A stretch of 64,000 nucleotides of DNA from Vulcanimicrobiota bacterium (lineage in GTDB: Bacteria; Vulcanimicrobiota; Xenobia; Xenobiales; JADMJV01). Within the stretch, counting starts at the first letter, position 1, and each line of letters opens with the position of its first letter. The notes under the pieces are model-generated. The model saw only the letters and a list, made by a program, of their open reading frames with translations. It was not told the DNA's origin and did no database searches. The stretch is from positions 1,608,008-1,672,007 of the forward strand of contig JBFWNU010000001.1 in the NCBI GenBank assembly GCA_050250895.1, given 5' to 3'. Of the stretch, positions 28,489-38,307 are shown piece after piece. Position numbers and translations under genes: made by a program.

Positions 28489-30030
28489 TTACTCGGCCGC
28501 TAGTCTGCGTTTGATAAACTCCACCACGTGGTTGGTGGTGATGACTCCCACCGGTTTATTGTCGGCGTCGCACAGGGGCAGGTGGCGCTGGTTTCGCACC
28601 GAGAAGGCGTGCAGCGCCCGCGCGATGGGCAAATCCGCTCGCAGGGCCAGAGGCTTGATCCACATGCACTGACCGACGGTGACTTCCGAGAGGTCCTTCA
28701 CCAGCAAGGCCACCCGCAGGATGTCTCGATCGGTGAAGGCGCCGGCCAGTTCGCCTTTCTCGTCGCAAACCAGAGCGCAACCCTGATTGGCCTCTTTGAG
28801 GCGGTCCACCACGACGGCCAGGGTTTCGTCGGCGCTGCAAGTGATGGGTGGATTGGGCACGAGTTCGCTGATGGCGATGGTGGCCAGGCTCTGTTGCACC
28901 GGCGTCAGCGCTTCGGCCCAGCCGGCCATCATGTCGTTGAAGGCGCGCTCGAAAGGCGGTTGTTTGACGCGGCCGTTGGCCGGAGAGCTTTCGGTGCCAT
29001 CTTCGGTGACGGTCCAGATGTCCGACGAGAAGTAGAGCTCTTTGAGGTCGCCCTCGCCCTGGACAGCTTTGGCCGCCTCCACTTGACCCAGCAACCCGGT
29101 CTCGTAAGTCATCTTGGTGACATCGCGGAAGATGCCGATGGGAACCGGATAGTTGGGATAGGTCAGCCGGCTGAGCGCGTAGGCCAGGTTGGTGTCTTCC
29201 TGGTTGGCGTCGTGGACCAGCAGGTCGCTTTCGTTGATGTCGTCGCCCAGTTCCACCACTTCGAGGCTCAGTCCCTTGGACCGGATGCCTTTGTTGGCGC
29301 CGGTTCCGAAGCGCATGGGTTTGCCCTGCTCGAGAATCAGCACGTTGTCTTTCTTGGTGTTGGGATCGGTGGCGTATTTCCAGGCCCCGTCATTGAAGAT
29401 GTTGCAGTTTTGATAGACCTCGACGAACGAAGTGCCTTTGTGCTCGGCGGCGGCCCGGAGGATGGATTGGAGGTGCTTGGTCTCGACATCGATGGAGCGG
29501 GCCACGAAGGTAGCCTCGGCCGCCAGGGCCAGGCTAATGGGATTGAGCGGTTGTTCGACCGATCCCATCGGCGAGGATTTGGTCTTGTGTCCGGCCAGGG
29601 AAGTGGGCGAAAACTGTCCCTTGGTCAGGCCGTAGATGCGGTTATTGAACAGGATGATGTTGATATCGATATTGCGGCGCAGGGCGTGGATGAGGTGGTT
29701 GCCGCCGATGGACAACGAGTCGCCATCGCCGGTGATCACGAAGACGGTCAATTCGGGGCGGGCCAACTTGAGTCCAGTAGCCAGGGTTGGGGCCCGTCCA
29801 TGGATGCTGTGAATGCCGTAGGTGTCCATATAGTAGGGGAAGCGACTCGAACATCCGATGCCCGAGATGAAAACGATGTTCTCTTTGGGCAGGCCGAGCT
29901 CGGGCAGAATCTTCTGCATCTGAGCTAGAATCGCGTAATCGCCGCAACCGGGACACCAGCGCACATCCTGATCGGAGGTGAAGTCCTTGCGGTTGAGAAT
30001 GGGGAGTTCGGGTGCCAGCGTGTTGGCCAT
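28489..30030 (-). CDS. korB: 2-oxoacid:ferredoxin oxidoreductase beta subunit fused to a C-terminal CBS pair
   Basis: WCPGCGD, SGIGCSSR, TGDGD TPP motif; last ~130 aa CBS-like (GELAGAFTDRDIL; HLPLCDADNKPVGVIT). Confidence 0.93.
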   Translation of the reverse strand: MANTLAPELPILNRKDFTSDQDVRWCPGCGDYAILAQMQKILPELGLPKENIVFISGIGCSSRFPYYMDTYGIHSIHGRAPTLATGLKLARPELTVFVITGDGDSLSIGGNHLIHALRRNIDINIILFNNRIYGLTKGQFSPTSLAGHKTKSSPMGSVEQPLNPISLALAAEATFVARSIDVETKHLQSILRAAAEHKGTSFVEVYQNCNIFNDGAWKYATDPNTKKDNVLILEQGKPMRFGTGANKGIRSKGLSLEVVELGDDINESDLLVHDANQEDTNLAYALSRLTYPNYPVPIGIFRDVTKMTYETGLLGQVEAAKAVQGEGDLKELYFSSDIWTVTEDGTESSPANGRVKQPPFERAFNDMMAGWAEALTPVQQSLATIAISELVPNPPITCSADETLAVVVDRLKEANQGCALVCDEKGELAGAFTDRDILRVALLVKDLSEVTVGQCMWIKPLALRADLPIARALHAFSVRNQRHLPLCDADNKPVGVITTNHVVEFIKRRLAAE

Positions 30031-30034
30031 GGTG

Positions 30035-31888
30035 TTATGCTTGTCCCTTCAGCGTTTCCACGATTTTTCGATGGATGTCGGCGATCCTGAACGGCCTGCC
30101 TTCTACCTGAGGGTAAGACACGATGTCGATGCCAAAGGTTGCGCGCAGGACATAAGCCAGTTGACCCATGTTCATTTCCGGCAGCAGAATCTGTTTGTAG
30201 TTGCCCAGAATGGTCTTGAGGTTTTTGGGAAACGGGCTCAGGTAGCGCACATGGCTGGCCGCCACCGACAGGCCCTCTCGTTGAGCTTGCTGGACGGCGG
30301 AGCGGATGGCTCCGAAAGTGCTACCCCAGCCAAGTACCAACAAATCTCCTTGAGGAGGTCCGAAAACCTTTTGCTCGGGAATGATGTCGGCCAGCCGGGC
30401 CACTTTTTCGGCGCGGTCGTTGACCATTTGCTGGTGATGGCCCGGCTTGTAAGAAACGTTGCCGGTTTCGGGCGCTTTAGCCAGACCGCCGACTCGATGT
30501 TCGAGGCCTTTGGTGCCCGGAATGGCCCAGGGTCGGGCCAGGCTTTCAGGGTCTCGCTTGTAGGGCATGAAACCCACCGTATGGGTGGGATGGTCGACCT
30601 GGATGGGCGCGATCAAGTCGGGGTTGGGAATCCGCCACGGCTCGGAACTGTTGGCCAGGTAGCCATCCGACAACAGCAGCACCGGGGCCATACACCGCAC
30701 CGCCAGGCGGAAGGCCTCGATGGCCATGGTGAAGCAGTCAGACGGGGTCGAGGGAGCCAGAATCGGCAGGGGAGCCTCGCCGTTACGTCCGAAGTAGGCC
30801 ATCATCAGATCGCTCTGCTCGGGTTTGGTGGGCAGCCCCGTGCTCGGCCCACCGCGCTGGACATCGACGAGAACCAGAGGTAACTCGAGCACCAGGGCCA
30901 GGTTGAGAGCCTCGCTCTTGAGAGCTACTCCGGGACCGCTCGAGGCGGTGGCTGCGAAGGCTCCGCCAAAGGCGGCGCCCACGGTGGAACCCATGGCCGC
31001 AATTTCGTCCTCGGCCTGGAAGGTGCGCACATCGAAGTTGCGCAGGGCGGCCAGGGCGTGCAGAATGTCGCTGGCCGGCGTGATGGGATAAGAGCCGTAG
31101 AAGAGCGGTTTGCCGGCTCGTTTGGCGGCAGTCACCAGCCCCATGGCCAGGGCTTCGTTGCCGGTTACGGTCCGATAGACGCCTGGTGAGAGTTTGGCCG
31201 GTGCCACCCGATAGCGGCATTGGAAGGTCTCGGTGGTGTCGCCGTAGTTGTAGCCGGCTTTGAAAGCCCGGGTGTTGGCCTCGATCAGGACGGGCGCTTT
31301 GCGGAACTTGTCCTTGATCCACTCTAACGTGGGCTCGGTGGGCCGGTCGTACATCCAGAAGGCCAGACCCAGGGCAAAGAAATTCTTGGTGCGATCGATC
31401 TCTTTGTGAGACAGGCCCTCGATGTCTTCCAGGGCTGCCTTGTTGAGGGTCGACAGAGGAATCTTGTGGACTTTGAACGCCTTGAGGGCCTCGTCATCTT
31501 CGAGGGGGTCGTGATCGTAGTGGGCCTTCTTGAGGTTGTTCTTGGTGAAGGCGTCGGTGTTGACGATCAGCGTGCCACCCTGCTTGAGGTCTTTGAGATT
31601 GGCGGCCAGGGCGGCCGGATTCATGGCCACCAGCACATCGGGAGCGTCGCCCGGAGTGAAGATGTTGCGGGCGGCCAGGTTGACCTGGAAGCCGCTGACT
31701 CCGGCTAGAGTGCCGGCAGGAGCGCGGATCTCGGCTGGAAAGTCGGGCAAAGTCGAGATGTCGTTGCCGGCGATGGCCGAGGCGTTGGTGAACTGGGTGC
31801 CGGTCAACTGCATGCCGTCACCGGAATCGCCACTAAAGCGGACGATAACAGATTCGATCTCTTCGATCAGGGGGGCTTCAACAGCCAT
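30035..31888 (-). CDS. korA: 2-oxoacid:ferredoxin oxidoreductase alpha subunit (gamma-alpha fusion)
   Basis: [40 protein letters not shown]. Confidence 0.95.
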   Translation of the reverse strand: MAVEAPLIEEIESVIVRFSGDSGDGMQLTGTQFTNASAIAGNDISTLPDFPAEIRAPAGTLAGVSGFQVNLAARNIFTPGDAPDVLVAMNPAALAANLKDLKQGGTLIVNTDAFTKNNLKKAHYDHDPLEDDEALKAFKVHKIPLSTLNKAALEDIEGLSHKEIDRTKNFFALGLAFWMYDRPTEPTLEWIKDKFRKAPVLIEANTRAFKAGYNYGDTTETFQCRYRVAPAKLSPGVYRTVTGNEALAMGLVTAAKRAGKPLFYGSYPITPASDILHALAALRNFDVRTFQAEDEIAAMGSTVGAAFGGAFAATASSGPGVALKSEALNLALVLELPLVLVDVQRGGPSTGLPTKPEQSDLMMAYFGRNGEAPLPILAPSTPSDCFTMAIEAFRLAVRCMAPVLLLSDGYLANSSEPWRIPNPDLIAPIQVDHPTHTVGFMPYKRDPESLARPWAIPGTKGLEHRVGGLAKAPETGNVSYKPGHHQQMVNDRAEKVARLADIIPEQKVFGPPQGDLLVLGWGSTFGAIRSAVQQAQREGLSVAASHVRYLSPFPKNLKTILGNYKQILLPEMNMGQLAYVLRATFGIDIVSYPQVEGRPFRIADIHRKIVETLKGQA

Positions 31889-31897
31889 TTTTCCTCC

Positions 31898-32365
31898 TCA
31901 GGCTCCGTGACGGGTCCTGGCGTACTGGTCTGGTTCGGGGGGTTGGTTGTAAACGTGCATGTGGAATCGATCGCTAAGGTAGCGCACGAACGACTGCTGA
32001 TCGATGTTGCCGACCACTTCACCGTTGGCATCGACGATGGGGACGTTGCGGATCCGGTTGCCATCCATCACCTCGAGGGCTGCGGCGGCGCCACTATCTC
32101 GCGAGACCGTCTTGGGATTGGCCGTCATGATTTCCGAGACGGGTTTTTGCCAGGTGTCGGCTTGACCAAGAACCTTGGTGAAGACGTCATGGTCGGTGAA
32201 GATGCCTACCAGTTTCTTTCCGTCTTGGATGAGGGCGCAATTGGTTTTTTCATCGCGCATGCGGCCGACCGTGTCGGCCACCGTGGTGTCCTTCTGGACC
32301 CCGATCCATTGTCCGATTTCGAGGGCGGTGACCCGGATCTCTCCGAGTTCGGATTCTAAGCTCAT
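31898..32365 (-). CDS. Stand-alone CBS domain protein
   Basis: KLVGIFTDHDV, VSEIMTANP, IRNVPIVD..VVG; start at ATG 32365 (track ORF over-extended). Confidence 0.88.
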   Translation of the reverse strand: MSLESELGEIRVTALEIGQWIGVQKDTTVADTVGRMRDEKTNCALIQDGKKLVGIFTDHDVFTKVLGQADTWQKPVSEIMTANPKTVSRDSGAAAALEVMDGNRIRNVPIVDANGEVVGNIDQQSFVRYLSDRFHMHVYNQPPEPDQYARTRHGA

Positions 32366-32518
32366 TGGCTGCTCCCAGGCGGATTTGCTCGCGCAAAGTG
32401 TCGAAAAATCAGGCCGTTCCTTCGCCAAGCGAGATCGACTTCCTGCGCCAATTTGGGATTCTTCAACGGTTTGGCGACGCTTGACAGCCCGGGGCGGTTG
32501 GCCTACCATCCAGGTCGA

Positions 32519-33091
32519 ATGTCCGCTCCCGTCACCATTTTGGGCACCGACGTCATGGGCACCAGTCTGGGGCTGTTGCTGGCTGGCGTCAATTGGCCCC
32601 TGGCCGGGCTCTGGGATCCGGACCACAACCTGGCCCTGACCCGGTCTCTTTTGATCGGGTGCTCGGCCTTTGCCCGACTCGAGGAACCGGTCTCTAAGGC
32701 CAGCCTGGTGCTGGCCTGTCTGGAGGATGATGCCTGGGCCACCTGGGCCCCCGTCGCCGAGGCGGCCCTGGGCCCCGACGCCCTGCTGGTGCGAGTGGGA
32801 GGCGCCGGGTCGTGCGCCCTTTTGCCCATTGCCCAGATCGAAGCGCTCGAGCAGGCTGGTCGATTGCGACGGGCCTTCTTCGGGCTGGTGGGCAGCGACC
32901 CGGATTGCGCTCGGCTGGCGGCTCTGGTCGAGGCCCTGGGGGGGCAGCCGGTGCGTCTGGAAGCCGGTTCTCATCTGGCCATTCACGACTTTCGGCAGGG
33001 AATGAGTTCCCTGGCCCGGGCCGCGCAAGAGCGGCTGGGACGCAGCGACCTGCTGGCTCCCCTGGCTCACGACCTGCTGGTTGGTCAATAG
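32519..33091 (+). CDS. Degenerate Rossmann-like oxidoreductase (DUF2520/F420-oxidoreductase-like)
   Basis: VTILGTDVMGTSLG Rossmann-like start; LVEALGGQP. Confidence 0.55.
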   Translation: MSAPVTILGTDVMGTSLGLLLAGVNWPLAGLWDPDHNLALTRSLLIGCSAFARLEEPVSKASLVLACLEDDAWATWAPVAEAALGPDALLVRVGGAGSCALLPIAQIEALEQAGRLRRAFFGLVGSDPDCARLAALVEALGGQPVRLEAGSHLAIHDFRQGMSSLARAAQERLGRSDLLAPLAHDLLVGQ

Positions 33092-33146
33092 AAGTTTAAC
33101 AAACGGCAGCGGGAGATCGCCGGCTGCCAGCAAACAGTCACAAACA

Positions 33147-33518
33147 ATGAGCATCCGCCTCGGACGCACTCGGGCACTCGCAGTGCTGGTCCTGACGGCG
33201 TGGCTGGTCGGACAGGCAGCCATGTTTGGCCATCGGCATGGTGAATTCGAAGCCGATGAGGTCGCCTATCAACGACAGCAGGCCTGGTGCAACTCGCATC
33301 ACGCCCAGGCTCCCCACCATGATTTGTCGGCGCCGCTGGACGGACATCACGACTGCCACCTGTGCCGACTTCTATCCCAGCTCAGTTTCGATCTTTCCCC
33401 CGCCCAGCTTTGGGCCGGCGAGATTCGCACTGCCGAGATCGCCCCTGGCCAGGACGGGGTTCTGCCCGGCCAATCGGTTCGGGGACTGCTCAAGACGCGC
33501 GCTCCTCCTTTGAGCTAG
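33147..33518 (+). CDS. DUF2946/CruR-like His-rich leader protein with CxxC and C-terminal RAPP
   Basis: Hydrophobic N-terminal segment, HHDCHLC, ends TRAPPLS; upstream of exbB. Confidence 0.78.
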   Translation: MSIRLGRTRALAVLVLTAWLVGQAAMFGHRHGEFEADEVAYQRQQAWCNSHHAQAPHHDLSAPLDGHHDCHLCRLLSQLSFDLSPAQLWAGEIRTAEIAPGQDGVLPGQSVRGLLKTRAPPLS

Positions 33519-33651
33519 TAAGCCACCCCATCGTCTCACTGGTCTGTGACGGCCCTTCGGCTCGATGTTGCCTCTTTGGCTCCGGCCGTGGCTGCATTTT
33601 TGGACCTACTGAGGGTGTCCCTGCGGATACCAATTCATCCTTGGAGTCTTT

Positions 33652-34263
33652 ATGTTGCACTTGATTCAAGAGGGCGGAGTCTTCATGATCCCTCTTCTTC
33701 TGGGCTCGGCTATCACTGTCGGTGTTGCTCTCGAGCGTTTGATCTTCTTTCTCGGTCTCGACGGGGGCGGGACCGCGTTTCGCGAGCAGTTGCGGGGCGG
33801 CATTTCCCGCCCCGAGCAACTGCTGAACGAACTCGAGAATCGGCGAGGAGTGGTGGCGGCCACGGCCAGGGCCGGGCTAGCACACTGGTCCGACGATCCC
33901 GAACAGATGGCCGCTGCCATGGCCGCCTCGGCCCGGAGTGAAAGCAAGCAGCTTCGTCGCTTTCTGCCGTTGCTCGAGACGACCGTCACGGCCTGCCCGC
34001 TGATCGGGCTTTTGGGCACCATCACCGGTATGATGGGCGTTTTCAGGGTGGTGGCCCAGAAGTTGGCCAACGATCCCCACGCCAACACGACCGGCATTAC
34101 GGCTGGTATCGGCGAGGCCCTGATCGCCACGGCCACCGGCATCCTGGTGGCGGTAGTGGCGCTGCTCATCCACAATGCCTTCCAGGCTTGGGGCGAGGCT
34201 CATCTCGATGAGGCCGAGCAGGTGGCCGACCTGCTGCAACTGGCCCGGCGGAGGGCCGCATGA
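33652..34263 (+). CDS. exbB: ExbB/TolQ/MotA proton channel
   Basis: GGVFMIPL, CPLIGLLGTITGMM, GIGEALIATATG. Confidence 0.93.
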   Translation: MLHLIQEGGVFMIPLLLGSAITVGVALERLIFFLGLDGGGTAFREQLRGGISRPEQLLNELENRRGVVAATARAGLAHWSDDPEQMAAAMAASARSESKQLRRFLPLLETTVTACPLIGLLGTITGMMGVFRVVAQKLANDPHANTTGITAGIGEALIATATGILVAVVALLIHNAFQAWGEAHLDEAEQVADLLQLARRRAA

Positions 34264-34694
34264 CCGAACTCTTTCCCGAGCGGCGCAAGCGCCTCGCCCC
34301 GCGCATCGAGATCATCCCGATGGTGGATGTGATGTTCTTGTTGCTGGTGTTCTATATTCTCTCGACCATCGCCCTGACCACCCAGGCGGGCATCCCTGTG
34401 CAGTTGCCCGAGGCCGCCAATACGGCCCAGAACCCGGTGGAAGAGGTGGTCGTCACCATCGACAAGGAGGGCCAATTCTTTGTCAACAAAGACAAGGTCA
34501 AGCCTGAAGAATTGGCGGGCGCGGTCGAGCAACTAGCCAGCACTCGTGAAGGCGGCCTCGAGCACCTCAAAGAGGGAAACATCGTGCTCAACGCCGATCT
34601 GTCGGTGCAGCATCGATTGGTCATCCAGGCGATGGACCAGTTGCGCTCGCTCGGCATCACCAATTTCGCCATCGCCACCGAGGCCCAGCCTTGA
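34260..34694 (+). CDS. exbD: ExbD/TolR
   Basis: IEIIPMVDVMFLLLVFY TM with conserved Asp; LNAD..V..MDQL. Confidence 0.93.
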   Translation: MTELFPERRKRLAPRIEIIPMVDVMFLLLVFYILSTIALTTQAGIPVQLPEAANTAQNPVEEVVVTIDKEGQFFVNKDKVKPEELAGAVEQLASTREGGLEHLKEGNIVLNADLSVQHRLVIQAMDQLRSLGITNFAIATEAQP

Positions 34695-35626
34695 AACGTC
34701 TCTTGGTCTGCGTCCTGATTTCGGTCGGGTTGCACCTGGCGCTCTTTCCGTCATTCTTGCAGGGGCTGTTGGGCTCGGGGCATCATCATGCCCTGGTCGA
34801 GCCGGTGCCGCTCAAAGTTCGGCTGGTCCAACGCCCTCGCCCGAAGCCGACACCTCGGGCGACGCCCAAGCCCGCTCCCAGGCCGACTCCTAAAATCAAG
34901 CCTAAACCTCGACCGGCTCCGCCTCCGATCGCCCATCAGCCACCCCCTCCCAAACCAGCGCCCCGCCCGGCTCCCAGGCCCAGGCCGCGGACTCGCAGCT
35001 ATCCCAAAGCTCATCCCAGTCGCCCCTCTCCACCGCCTCCTCGCTCGCGTCCTAAGGTCCTCACTTCGACTCGCTCTGACCCCGCCTCGAGTTCGCGCCC
35101 ACCGGTGGCTTCCGGAGACGAGCCCGGAGCGGGCCGCGTTCCCGAGAATCCTCAACCCGCGCCGCCCTCACCGGCTCTCCCGAGCCAACCGCAGCCAGCC
35201 GGCCCTGACCCCGGCCCAGTCGAGCCAGCTCCGGTCGAACCTGCCCCGGCCCCGGTGGAACCCGCGCCGCGACCTGCCCCGACCCCCAAACCGTCGCCCT
35301 CGCCGAAGCCTGCCCCGGCCCCGCAACCACCACCTCTTCCGGCAGCGCCGAAAAGTCGTAAGGCCGATTTTATGGCCGTCGACACGATCGTGCTACCGGC
35401 CCGCTTTCGCCGCACCAGGGTCGAGACCGAAATGCAGGTTCGCATCGTGGTCAACCCCGACGAGAGCTTTCAAATTAGTGCTGGCTCCAGTTCCGGCGAC
35501 CCCGCCGTGGACGAATTCATCTTAGAAGAGTTACGCCGGGTCGGTCAGGCCCAGGTGCGCACCGACGACCAGGGCCAGCCCATCCGAGGCATGGTCAGAA
35601 AAACCGTCAGGATCAAGGTCGACTAG
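34691..35626 (+). CDS. tonB: TonB-like energy transducer
   Basis: SVGLH TM motif, long Pro-rich linker, divergent C-terminal domain (SSGDPAVDE). Confidence 0.78.
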   Translation: MKRLLVCVLISVGLHLALFPSFLQGLLGSGHHHALVEPVPLKVRLVQRPRPKPTPRATPKPAPRPTPKIKPKPRPAPPPIAHQPPPPKPAPRPAPRPRPRTRSYPKAHPSRPSPPPPRSRPKVLTSTRSDPASSSRPPVASGDEPGAGRVPENPQPAPPSPALPSQPQPAGPDPGPVEPAPVEPAPAPVEPAPRPAPTPKPSPSPKPAPAPQPPPLPAAPKSRKADFMAVDTIVLPARFRRTRVETEMQVRIVVNPDESFQISAGSSSGDPAVDEFILEELRRVGQAQVRTDDQGQPIRGMVRKTVRIKVD

Positions 35627-35905
35627 GTGGCGCGCCTGGCAAGACAAACGGTGGCCCTGGCTCTGGTTTCGCTATTGCTGACCGGAGCCCACCACCATCG
35701 CGAAGCCCACCATACATCAGGCTTGCATCTGCACGCGGGCACGAGCGAGAGTCCCTGCGCCCTCTGTCTGCTCGGCACCGGACTGCCGCCGGCTCCGCAG
35801 CAACTTTCATCCGCCCCTCGAGCGAGCGTTCTCGTGGTCATGCCGACCCCTCCCAGGCTCTCGCTCGAACGCACCCCAGCCAGCTCTCGCGGCCCCCCGC
35901 TCTAG
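35627..35905 (+). CDS. Second DUF2946/CruR-like leader protein with CxxC and C-terminal RGPP
   Basis: Hydrophobic N-terminus, HHHREAHH, CALC, ends SRGPPL; directly upstream of the TBDR. Confidence 0.78.
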   Translation: MARLARQTVALALVSLLLTGAHHHREAHHTSGLHLHAGTSESPCALCLLGTGLPPAPQQLSSAPRASVLVVMPTPPRLSLERTPASSRGPPL

Positions 35906-35941
35906 CTCTCCTCCCGAACCGACAAACAATTCCAAGGAGAG
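35906..35941 (+). promoter_or_regulatory. Anti-Shine-Dalgarno hairpin sequestering the TBDR RBS
   Basis: CTCTCCT (35906-35912) is complementary to AGGAGAG (35935-35941). Confidence 0.65.
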
Positions 35942-35946
35942 TATCT

Positions 35947-38298
35947 ATGAAACCGTTTCTTGCAGCGATATGCTGCGTCATGCTGTGCATGGGCTCGGTG
36001 CTGGCCGCCCAGGTCGAAGGAGACCTGCTGATCGAGGTGGTCAAAGAAGCCGACGAAAGCCCCGTCGCCGACGCCGTGGTAACCGTGAAGAATCGTGAGG
36101 GCACGCGCACGATTCAGGAAGTCCGCACCGGCCCCGATGGCAAGGCCAGGGTCAAAAACCTGCCCCTGGGCGACTATCTGGTCGAGGTTACCCATCCCGA
36201 GGTTGGTCGCGACAGCGCGATCGTCAAGATCAACCCCGCTACCGACAACAACTTTACTGCCTATCTGGTGGCCTCTGACGAGCCCGCCGAAGTGCTTGAG
36301 GTGCGCGGTGACCGCCTGCTGGTAAACTCGAAGGACCCCAGCAGCGGAGCCACCACCCGGCGCGACGGCCAGTTCCTCGAGCGCCAACTGACCAACGGCA
36401 ACTCGCTGCAAGCCGTCTTGAGTACGGCCCCCGGCGTGCAGACCAACTCGGTCGGTCAGGTGCATGTTCGCGGTGAGCACAAAGCCCTGACTCTGTCCCT
36501 CGACGGGGTGGACGTGCCGGTGCCCACCGAGAGTTCCATCACGCAGCCTCTGGATCCCGAGTTTCTCGACCAGATCGAGGTGGGAACGGGCAACTACGAC
36601 GCCTCCAAAGGGGGTCAATTGGGAGTGGTGGTCAACGCCACCACCGAGACTCCCGACGAGCCTTTCGTCAAGCTCGAGGCTCGCGCCGGCGACAAGGGTC
36701 AAAGCGAGTTCGTGCTCAAGGCCGGCGGGGCTAACGAGGACAAGACGTTTTCTTACTTCGTGGGAGCCCGCCACCGTCAGAGTGACCTCTATCTCGAGCC
36801 CCCGCATCCCGACCAGCAGACGCTCAACAACCACGGCGAGTTGACCAGCTTGCTCCTGCGGCTCAACTCGAATTCCGAGCACGATAAGTTCGGGCTCACT
36901 CTCTCGCATCAGAATGCCGACCTGGGCATTCCCCAGACTCCGGCCAACTTCACGGCCGGGGTTCGCCAGCAGCAAAGCGACGCGAACACTTTGATCCTGG
37001 GCTCGTGGAAGCACGAGTTTTCGCCCGAGACGGACATGCAACTGGGATTGGCCTTTTTGCGCAGTCGTCAGAAGGTGAACAACAACGGGGTCTTCACCAA
37101 CTTCACGGCCGTCTCGCCGGCTGTCGACGAAGAACTAGCCGAAGAGGGCTTTCCGGCCGATCCGGCCAGTCCTGGCTCGCCCTATCTACCCAGCTCCGAC
37201 CTCGAGGTCAGCCAGTTCCAGCCGAGTCTGGAAGTGACTCACCGGCTGGGTGAGAACGAGCGCCTCAAAGCGGGGCTGACAGCCAACTTCATCAACTCGC
37301 GCCAGAGTCTGGACATCACTGACCCCGGCGGGGGTGGCGGGTTGCCAAATCCGGCCGGCTTGCCGGGAGCGGTCACACGCTTTCGTGCCAACCTTGACCG
37401 TGACGCCTTCATCGGTGGTCTGTTCGTCAGCCATACCCTGCCTTTGAGCGAAACCATCACCCTCAACTACGGGTTGCGGGCTGACACCTTCGACAACGGC
37501 CTGGGTGTGAACACGGGGCAACTCAGCCCCCGGGTCAATCTGATCTGGGGCCCCACCGAGACGCAGGCGGTGCGGCTTTCTTATAACCGTCTCTTCCAAC
37601 CACCGCCGCTCGAACTCGACACCAGCGGCCAGACTCAGGTTTTGCCACAGCGCACCCACGCCTACGAGTTGAGCTACGAGAACCAGTTCGCCAAGAACGT
37701 GGTGGGCAAAATCGCTTTCGTCTATAAGGACTACACCGACCAAATCGATGTGGGCTTGCTGATTCCCAACAGCAACATCCCCGTCTTTGCGCCGATCAAC
37801 TTCGCCCGGGCTCGCTACCAGGGGGTCGAACTCAGCGTCAACACCTTCAATGAACTCGGCTGGAACGGCTTTCTCTCGGCCACCATCGGCGAGGCAAAAC
37901 CCACCGTTCCGGGCGTTTTTACCACTGAGTTTCCCGAATACAACGACCACGACCAGCGCGTCCAGGTGACCGGCGGCACCAGCTACACCTGGGAAAACGG
38001 CCTCTCGGCCGGCGTCGACTTTCTCTACGGCTCGGGCTTTCCCCAAGAGGCCCTGCCGCTCTACAACGCGGCCGGCATCAACCCTTTTGGCCTGACCGGT
38101 GATCGCCTCGACCGCTTCATCACCAACCTCAACATTCAGTATCTACCAGAGAACAAGGCTGGCCCCGACCTGGGCTTCGGGCTACAGGTCTTCAACGTGT
38201 TCGACGACCGCTCGCTGCTGAACTTTCTCAGCGAGTTCTCGGGAACACGCTTCGTCCAGGGTCGCCGCTTTCTGTTCAACGGCCAGGTCAGGTTTTAG
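35947..38298 (+). CDS. TonB-dependent receptor with N-terminal carboxypeptidase-regulatory-like domain
   Basis: Signal peptide, plug (APGV..VHVRG..LDGV), LNYGLRAD, LSPRVNL, NVFD, C-terminal Phe. Confidence 0.92.
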   Translation: MKPFLAAICCVMLCMGSVLAAQVEGDLLIEVVKEADESPVADAVVTVKNREGTRTIQEVRTGPDGKARVKNLPLGDYLVEVTHPEVGRDSAIVKINPATDNNFTAYLVASDEPAEVLEVRGDRLLVNSKDPSSGATTRRDGQFLERQLTNGNSLQAVLSTAPGVQTNSVGQVHVRGEHKALTLSLDGVDVPVPTESSITQPLDPEFLDQIEVGTGNYDASKGGQLGVVVNATTETPDEPFVKLEARAGDKGQSEFVLKAGGANEDKTFSYFVGARHRQSDLYLEPPHPDQQTLNNHGELTSLLLRLNSNSEHDKFGLTLSHQNADLGIPQTPANFTAGVRQQQSDANTLILGSWKHEFSPETDMQLGLAFLRSRQKVNNNGVFTNFTAVSPAVDEELAEEGFPADPASPGSPYLPSSDLEVSQFQPSLEVTHRLGENERLKAGLTANFINSRQSLDITDPGGGGGLPNPAGLPGAVTRFRANLDRDAFIGGLFVSHTLPLSETITLNYGLRADTFDNGLGVNTGQLSPRVNLIWGPTETQAVRLSYNRLFQPPPLELDTSGQTQVLPQRTHAYELSYENQFAKNVVGKIAFVYKDYTDQIDVGLLIPNSNIPVFAPINFARARYQGVELSVNTFNELGWNGFLSATIGEAKPTVPGVFTTEFPEYNDHDQRVQVTGGTSYTWENGLSAGVDFLYGSGFPQEALPLYNAAGINPFGLTGDRLDRFITNLNIQYLPENKAGPDLGFGLQVFNVFDDRSLLNFLSEFSGTRFVQGRRFLFNGQVRF

Positions 38299-38307
38299 GA
38301 GGCGGTC

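Noticed and set aside
28528-29928. 466-aa plus-strand ORF (and similar long ORFs at 16510-17760, 6761-7744, 35902-37041, 11576-12559)
   Set aside because: Antisense shadows of clearly identified genes, as expected in high-GC DNA; no motifs
32366-33223. N-terminal 286 aa of the 441-aa track ORF as a fusion to the CBS protein
   Set aside because: Overlaps real plus-strand genes and is not protein-like; the CBS gene starts at 32365
34820-35350. Repetitive C-rich DNA
   Set aside because: Explained by the Pro-rich TonB linker
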